From Candidatus Poribacteria bacterium (GTDB lineage Bacteria; Poribacteria; WGA-4E; PCPOR2b), in contig OZ244042.1 of assembly GCA_965215015.1 (NCBI GenBank), positions 4,480,001-4,544,000 on the forward strand: 64,000 nt of DNA, given 5' to 3'. Of the stretch, positions 58,336 to 64,000 are shown in pieces (within the stretch, counting starts at the first letter, position 1; the number at the start of each line of letters is the position of its first letter). Below the pieces are notes generated by a model. The model had not been told where the DNA came from and made no database searches. It was given only the letters and a program-made list of their open reading frames with translations. The position numbers and the translations under genes are program-made.

Positions 58336-58778
58336 GCCCGAGGGGAAAGCCGGGGGATGGGAGGAGTTGTGTAAGGGTTATAGGGAAGTTGCAGATGAGC
58401 GGCGAAAGAAACGGTGCCGGAAGAGATTTTAGGCGTTGTGGGTATTAGGAGGATAAATGAGAATGTCTTTTTTTGGATTTGTGAGACAAATTGGGGTTCG
58501 CTTGTTCCAAGCGATTCCCACCGGCTGAAGCAACAATGTCCTTCTTTATCCTCTTGGTGCTCATGGAAAGGGGTTGGTTGATTTTCAGGCTGACAACAAG
58601 TAGACTGGTTCGTTTCATCGGTGGTTTGTGAACCAACCAGACATTGCTGATGCCCCAGAAACTTATCGGCTGTGGTGTCTTCACCCGCTTCTCGGATTGC
58701 TGCACATTGTACCGGACAAATAAAGTAAACCGAGGCTATTGAAAGCAAGAAAAGCACGCCAAGGTTTTTGAATTTCAT
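58314..58778 (-). CDS. Cys/His-rich exported leader protein ending in a RAPP motif (CutF/CruR/DUF2946-like)
   Basis: N-terminal hydrophobic segment, CPVQC, TCC, HCC; C-terminus PPIPRLSPRAPPFSLA; first gene of the copper operon. Confidence 0.7.
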   Translation of the reverse strand: MKFKNLGVLFLLSIASVYFICPVQCAAIREAGEDTTADKFLGHQQCLVGSQTTDETNQSTCCQPENQPTPFHEHQEDKEGHCCFSRWESLGTSEPQFVSQIQKKTFSFILLIPTTPKISSGTVSFAAHLQLPYNPYTTPPIPRLSPRAPPFSLA

Positions 58779-58881
58779 TGGATGACCCTTTCCCATACAA
58801 TAATGTAGCTATGCGATCAGAACAGTTATTGTCTAATTACGCACTCCCCGAAGGTGCGTAATCTTCGGAAGGTTGAGACTA

Positions 58882-59469
58882 CTACATATATTCTTCTTCA
58901 TCATCTTCAGCAGGGTAGATGTTGACCTCCGATAAGGAAATCGATTCACCGACATAGAAGGTCAACCAATCCCCAACTCGCTCGACAGACATCATCTCGT
59001 CATCATCATTCGTGTATTCGTGCAACTCTACATTGAATGTCTCCATCTCTAGGACATTGACAACGGTCATCTCCGCTGGGGCAATCTCCTGACGCTCGTA
59101 TTCAACGGAGATCTCTGCATCTTCGTCGTCAGGATCGGGGTAGTGAAGCGTAATTGTATCGGGCAGATCCTCATCGAACTCTTCTTCGCCGTCGATAATC
59201 CAGCGGGAGATTTCATACTCGTTCGTGCCGCCGACTCGGTCCACTCCCAAAACCACTACCTCATCATCGTCCTCAAGACGATACATGTAGCGCAGCAAAC
59301 CGCTGCCTTCATACTTCTTCCGCTCTGTCAACTCAAAGGTGCGGGACGCTGCTTCGCTCATTTCAAACGTAATCGAATCAGAAAGCTCAACCATGCTTCC
59401 AAGCGGAATATCCAACAATTCGTGCCGCTTAGGTTTTTCATCTCTTGATTTGCGGCGAAATAGGCCCAT
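58882..59469 (-). CDS. Acidic hypothetical protein (DUF4178-like)
   Basis: GAGG RBS; MGLFRRK start; ends SVE, FYVGESISLSEVNIY. Confidence 0.55.
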   Translation of the reverse strand: MGLFRRKSRDEKPKRHELLDIPLGSMVELSDSITFEMSEAASRTFELTERKKYEGSGLLRYMYRLEDDDEVVVLGVDRVGGTNEYEISRWIIDGEEEFDEDLPDTITLHYPDPDDEDAEISVEYERQEIAPAEMTVVNVLEMETFNVELHEYTNDDDEMMSVERVGDWLTFYVGESISLSEVNIYPAEDDEEEYM

Positions 59470-59870
59470 TGCATTTACCTCTATTTATTAACTTACTCTC
59501 ACACCCTAAAGGATTCGGGGAGGTTAGGGGGTAGGAGTTCTTACCTCACTGTTTGTAGTAGCGCAATTTATTGCGCGTCTGCCGCAGGTTAGGGGGGTAA
59601 GGGGTATTACCTAACCCCATACCGATTTAGAAGTAGCCTTTATTATACATTATCAAAACGACAACTAGGAGTCGAATTGTAGTATCAACACGGATAGGCC
59701 CGATTTAATCGAGATCTTACAACCGCTACTGCAATGGACAACGCCCTGCCCATTTTGGCGTCCCCACCACACTGACTGCGCCCGCACAGTATGCTGCGAC
59801 GCTGCAATTGGTGCCCCGTGCCAACGATTAAACCTGTTCCCGGAATCAGTAACTGGAACCTATCCTGATA

Positions 59871-60580
59871 CATCGGTGCGAACCGTCCAAGATTTTATCC
59901 CATCTCTTTCCCCTGCGCTTGTGGGGCTGTTAGGTGGGTAGGAGTTCTTACCCCACTGTTTGTAGTAGCGCAATTTATTGCGCGTCTGCCGCAGGTTAGA
60001 AGGACGAACTGAGTCCCCCCAATCGGTGCGAACCGTCCAAGATTTTATCCCATCTCTTTCCCCTGCGCTTGCGGGGGGTTAGGGGTATAGGAGTTCTTAC
60101 CCCACTGTTTGTAGTAGCGCAATTTATTGCGCGTCTGTCACAGGTTAGAAGGACGAACTGAGTCCCCCCAATCGGTGCGAACCGTCCAAGATTTTATCCG
60201 ATTTCTTTCCCCTGTGCTTGCGGGGGGTTAGGTGGGTAGGAGTTCTTACCCCACTGTTTGTAGTAGCGCAATTTATTGCGCGTCTGCCGCAGGTTAGGTG
60301 TGTAGGAGTGCTTACTTCACCCCATACTGATTCCCCCCAATCGGGTCTAACCGTCCAAGATTTTATCCGATTTCTTTCCCCTGCGCTTGTGGGGGGTTAG
60401 GGGTATAGGAGTTCTTACCCCACTGTTTGTAGTAGCGCAATTTATTGCGCGTCTGCCGCAGGTTAGGTGTGTAGGAGTGCTTACTTCACCCCATACTGAT
60501 TCCCCCCAATCGGTGTGAACCGTCCAAGATTTTATCCGATTTCTTTCCCCCCGCTTGCGGGGGGTTAGGGGGGTATACTG
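59871..60580. repeat. Tandem array of composite REP units (150, 149, 169, 169 bp plus partial); related copy at ~59520-59625
   Basis: Unit start atcgg...aaccgtccaagattttatcc at ~59871, 60021, 60170, 60339, 60508; each full unit contains tgtagtagcgcaatttattgcgcg. Confidence 0.9.
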
Positions 60581-60582
60581 AT

Positions 60583-61674
60583 TTAGAAGTAGCCTTTATT
60601 ATACATTATCAAAACGACGACGCCAATAACCAGAATGCTGCCGAAAACAAGGACGAACCAAGTACCCCCAGAGGTCTTTTTCTGAACAACAATCTTTTGA
60701 GGTTGTGTTTGTGTCGCTGATGTTGATGCAGCTTGACCGTCGCCAGCCAAAACAATGTTCTTGAGTGCCTCTTCGTCTGGCAGTTCTTCAACGGTCACCG
60801 TTTCTTCGGCATTCTCACCATAAAATTTGTCGGCGTTCTTCTCGACATGCGACTGGATGTAGTCCTCATCTCGATTCGTCCCGGGATCGACATAGCGTGA
60901 ATCCGGCTTGATGCCCTGACTGTCATAGTAAGCCCGCCAACGTTCGTATTCCATCTGTTTTTCACGGGACCAATGCGATCTATCGTAATTCGGATGGTGA
61001 TGGTGCCACAACCAACTGTGGTGGAGCCGGTGGTTATAGTAATCGTGGAAGTAAATCCCCGAAATCATATTTGCAAATACCATACTCGCAGTCAGACTGT
61101 AGATGGAATAGCCCATAACTGGATTGTACATACCGAAGTTGTTGACGGTAATTGGGGACTGCGCCTCACGGGCTTCGCGGCGTGCACGGGCCGTGTCTCG
61201 CTCTGCGCGCCTAACTTGACGTTTGAGGTTCCGATTTTCCGCCTTGAGGTTTCGAGTCTCCCTACGCTGTTGAGATTGCAGCGATCGTTTTTGGCTGCTG
61301 GTCATGTTTTTCGTGGAGACAGCGGAGCTGGTCCTTGCACTGCCCATCGCGTTCTGTTTTTGCCGCACTGAGCTGCTTGACCGCGCTGCACTCGGTCGTG
61401 ATGAACTAACGGCACTCCTGCCGTAGCTTCTGCTGCTGCTCTCCCTGACCGTTCGGGAACTTGAGCGTGCCGAACTACCGTAAGACCTCGACGATGAAGA
61501 TGCGCTACTTCGGGATGATCTTGAAGCGGATCCGCTGTAGCTCCTGCTAGAACTTCTGCTACCGTAGCTTCTTCCACTGGATCTGAAGCCTTTTGAAAGA
61601 ACATCAGAACCGATGCTGAATGCGAATAAGACCAGAACTGCCACAATCGACACTTTTTGGAAAGGACGTCTCAT
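60583..61674 (-). CDS. Exported/membrane protein with Ser/Arg-rich low-complexity N-terminus and C-terminal TM
   Basis: AAGGAGG RBS; signal peptide; repeated SSRSYG; His/Trp/Tyr-rich core; C-terminal TM. Confidence 0.75.
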   Translation of the reverse strand: MRRPFQKVSIVAVLVLFAFSIGSDVLSKGFRSSGRSYGSRSSSRSYSGSASRSSRSSASSSSRSYGSSARSSSRTVRESSSRSYGRSAVSSSRPSAARSSSSVRQKQNAMGSARTSSAVSTKNMTSSQKRSLQSQQRRETRNLKAENRNLKRQVRRAERDTARARREAREAQSPITVNNFGMYNPVMGYSIYSLTASMVFANMISGIYFHDYYNHRLHHSWLWHHHHPNYDRSHWSREKQMEYERWRAYYDSQGIKPDSRYVDPGTNRDEDYIQSHVEKNADKFYGENAEETVTVEELPDEEALKNIVLAGDGQAASTSATQTQPQKIVVQKKTSGGTWFVLVFGSILVIGVVVLIMYNKGYF

Positions 61675-61791
61675 ATTAACTGCCTCCTTGGGAAGTTGGG
61701 GTAAGCTCTCCTATCTCATTGAACACTTGTGTCCCCATAAAAGTTCCTTACGCATAAAAAATAGGGAGAAATTGGTATCACCAAAATTTGC

Positions 61792-61820
61792 TTGACAATT
61801 TATAATGCGTGCATTATTAT
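61792..61820 (+). promoter_or_regulatory. sigma70 promoter of tRNA-Arg
   Basis: TTGACA-17nt-TATTAT ending 13 nt before the tRNA. Confidence 0.65.
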
Positions 61821-61833
61821 TACAATCCAAGGT

Positions 61834-61910
<77 letters not shown>

Positions 61911-62367
61911 ACCTACCGCATTTCTTTTTATCTTCACACTTCCGACGTGGAATGACCATTAATTTGTAATTTGCATATCCAATAGGAAAATTATACTTTC
62001 TATCTGCTCTCTCTGTCAATGATTTGTTTTCTTACCCGCCATGTTTTATGTATCCTTCCAATTATGTATCCTTCCAAAATAGCAATAAACTGCTACGATT
62101 TTGACGCTATTATCGAACCGCAGATTTTATAGAGGCGAAACCCTAGTGTCTCCCCCGATTCGTGCATATCTAAAACTACCTTCGTTGTCAATGTATCCGA
62201 ACCATTTTTTTGCTTGTATTATTATTAGGGGTATGATACTTTATCGCACATGTATTATATCATAACTTCAAACTTTCACGTTACACATCACATTTTACAT
62301 TCGCTGTGATGCTGCGGCAAGCAGAATATCTGTTGCCTTAGCATACGAAAGACATAAGGAGGCGTAT

Positions 62368-63252
62368 ATGAGTCTTGATGTTCGATCCCCAAAATTATTA
62401 GACCTGATTGATGCCGATGCACAACTGGAGCAACTCGGTACCGGCTGTGAGTTTACAGAGGGACCCGTCTGGAATGCTGAAGGGGCGTTCCTGTTGTTCA
62501 GCGACATTCCTGCAAATCAGATGAAAAAGTGGACGCCGGAGTCAGGTATCACCAATTTTCGTGTCCCTTCCGGTAAATCTAACGGCTTAACCTATGATAA
62601 GCAGGGCAGGCTTATCGCGGCCGAACATGCCAATCGCCGAGTTTCACGGACCGAAGCGGATGGGACGGTGGCCACGATTGCATCACATTATGAGGGCAAG
62701 CGATTGAACAGTCCGAATGATGTGGTTGTGAAATCGGATGGCAGCATCTATTTTTCTGATCCACCCTACGGTTTAACAGCCGAATATGGTGTTGAAGGGG
62801 AGCAAGACCTCGACTTCCAAGGTGTCTATCGGCTTTCCCCCGACGGTCAGACACTGACACTGTTGATTGATGATTTTGATCGCCCGAATGGACTCTGCTT
62901 CTCACCGGACGAGTCAATCCTTTATATTGACGATACAGAACGGATGCATATCCGCGCATTTGATGTTCAACCAGATGGTACAATTACGAATGGACGGATT
63001 TTTGCCGAAGAAGAAGGCGAAGACGGAGTGCCAGATGGTATGAAAATTGATGAGCACGGCAATGTTTATCTCACCGGTCCAGGTGGTATTTGGATTTTCG
63101 ACACATCGGGGCAGCATCTTGGGATCATCCAAATCTCTGAGCAGGCTGCCAATCTCGCCTGGGGCGGCGATGATTGGAGTACCCTTTTTATCACAGCAAG
63201 TACCTCGCTTTATCGTATCCAGTGCAAGGTCACAGGGATTCCTGTTCCATAA
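62368..63252 (+). CDS. SMP-30/gluconolactonase/LRE family protein
   Basis: FTEGPVW, LLFSDIP, SNGL, NSPND, PNGLCFSPD, PDGMKID. Confidence 0.93.
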   Translation: MSLDVRSPKLLDLIDADAQLEQLGTGCEFTEGPVWNAEGAFLLFSDIPANQMKKWTPESGITNFRVPSGKSNGLTYDKQGRLIAAEHANRRVSRTEADGTVATIASHYEGKRLNSPNDVVVKSDGSIYFSDPPYGLTAEYGVEGEQDLDFQGVYRLSPDGQTLTLLIDDFDRPNGLCFSPDESILYIDDTERMHIRAFDVQPDGTITNGRIFAEEEGEDGVPDGMKIDEHGNVYLTGPGGIWIFDTSGQHLGIIQISEQAANLAWGGDDWSTLFITASTSLYRIQCKVTGIPVP

Positions 63253-63282
63253 ATGCTGTCAGTGACTGAGGAGGCGACAAAA

Positions 63283-63798
63283 ATGAAAAAGTTGACGCGG
63301 TTGACGATTCTGATTGCTGTCCTGTCTGTTTTGATACTCAGTCTAAACACACCTATAAACCCAGAAGTTGCTATGAATCCCGATCCAGTCGGGGAGGAGG
63401 GAAACAAGATGGATATGAAAATTTGGAAAATCGCGCTCTTGATGAGCGATATGGAAAAAGCGGAAGACCTGTATGTCAATAAACTCGGTCTTAAGGTGAT
63501 AGACCGTCTAGACCTCGGTGAAATTGGTGAGGCACTCTTCTTGGATGCGGGTAACGTGAATCTAGAGCTCATCCCTGCCGCCGCATTTGAGGGGGTCTGG
63601 GGTTTAGACCGCCCGGGCGTACATCACATCTCGTTTAAGGCTGACGATGTTGAAGCAGGGACGGAAGTACTGCGCGAAAAAGGCATTACTGTCAAAAAGG
63701 AGCCTTTCCAACCGCTTGAAGGAATGACACTTGCCTTCTTTGATGGACTTGATGGGGTCAACCTACAACTGTACCGTCACGATAAGGGAGAGGAATAA
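63283..63798 (+). CDS. VOC (glyoxalase/methylmalonyl-CoA epimerase-like) family protein with N-terminal hydrophobic extension
   Basis: IALLMSDMEKA, LGL, LELI, GVHHISFKADDV, FFDGLDGVNLQL. Confidence 0.8.
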   Translation: MKKLTRLTILIAVLSVLILSLNTPINPEVAMNPDPVGEEGNKMDMKIWKIALLMSDMEKAEDLYVNKLGLKVIDRLDLGEIGEALFLDAGNVNLELIPAAAFEGVWGLDRPGVHHISFKADDVEAGTEVLREKGITVKKEPFQPLEGMTLAFFDGLDGVNLQLYRHDKGEE

Positions 63799-63861
63799 GG
63801 ATCGGCATAGCCCCTATGCTGATATCAAGCTCGAACAATTGCATTACGGATTGGCATACCC

Positions 63862-64000
63862 ATGAAAGTCAAAATCAAACGTCTTGATAAAGCTCTACCA
63901 CTGCCGCAGTATGAAACAGGTGGTTCCGTCGGTTTTGATCTATTATGCCGTGAATCAGTGACGGTCGCGCCTCAGACGGTGGCATTGATTCCGGCAAACG
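63862..64000 (+). CDS. dut: dUTP diphosphatase, 3'-truncated by window edge
   Basis: MKVKIKRLDKALPLPQYETGGSVGFDL (dUTPase motif 1 region). Confidence 0.85.
   Translation, partial: MKVKIKRLDKALPLPQYETGGSVGFDLLCRESVTVAPQTVALIPAN

Noticed and set aside
59871-60580. Possible CRISPR array
   Set aside because: Inter-palindrome segments are conserved rather than unique; composite REP tandem.

Overview
Bacterial chromosomal window with dense intergenic palindromic repeats. The mix of PhyH dioxygenase, Uma2 paralogs, orphan glycoside-hydrolase-like proteins and MqnD is reminiscent of Ca. Poribacteria, but that is inference only. The main object is an AT-richer, 12-gene, co-oriented ~19.6 kb cluster (2136-21728). 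It couples a ZorA/ZorB-like (MotA/MotB-type) ion-motor pair to a zinc-ribbon beta-propeller, a membrane-anchored vWA protein, a divergent tubulin/FtsZ-like protein, a zinc-ribbon/Ig-fused Hsp70, a degenerate Hsp70 paralog, two GrpE-like proteins, a membrane transglutaminase-like protein and an Ig/CBM48 protein. No canonical Zorya effector is recognisable, so it is a candidate undescribed membrane-sensing or conflict system. Second, a copper operon (DUF3347 lipoprotein, TolC, multicopper oxidase) is headed by a Cys/His-rich RAPP-motif leader whose arrest-motif codons are exactly complementary to the next gene's Shine-Dalgarno. Also present: a small defence islet (type II RM, HicBA, HNH), a tandem Uma2 duplication, tRNA-Asn(GTT), tRNA-Arg(CCG), housekeeping and metabolic genes (mqnD, ychF, dut, NuoEF-like fusion, PhoR-like kinase and others), and several tandem arrays of REP/MITE-like repeats that are not CRISPRs. 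All family assignments are from motif reading by eye; no searches were run.
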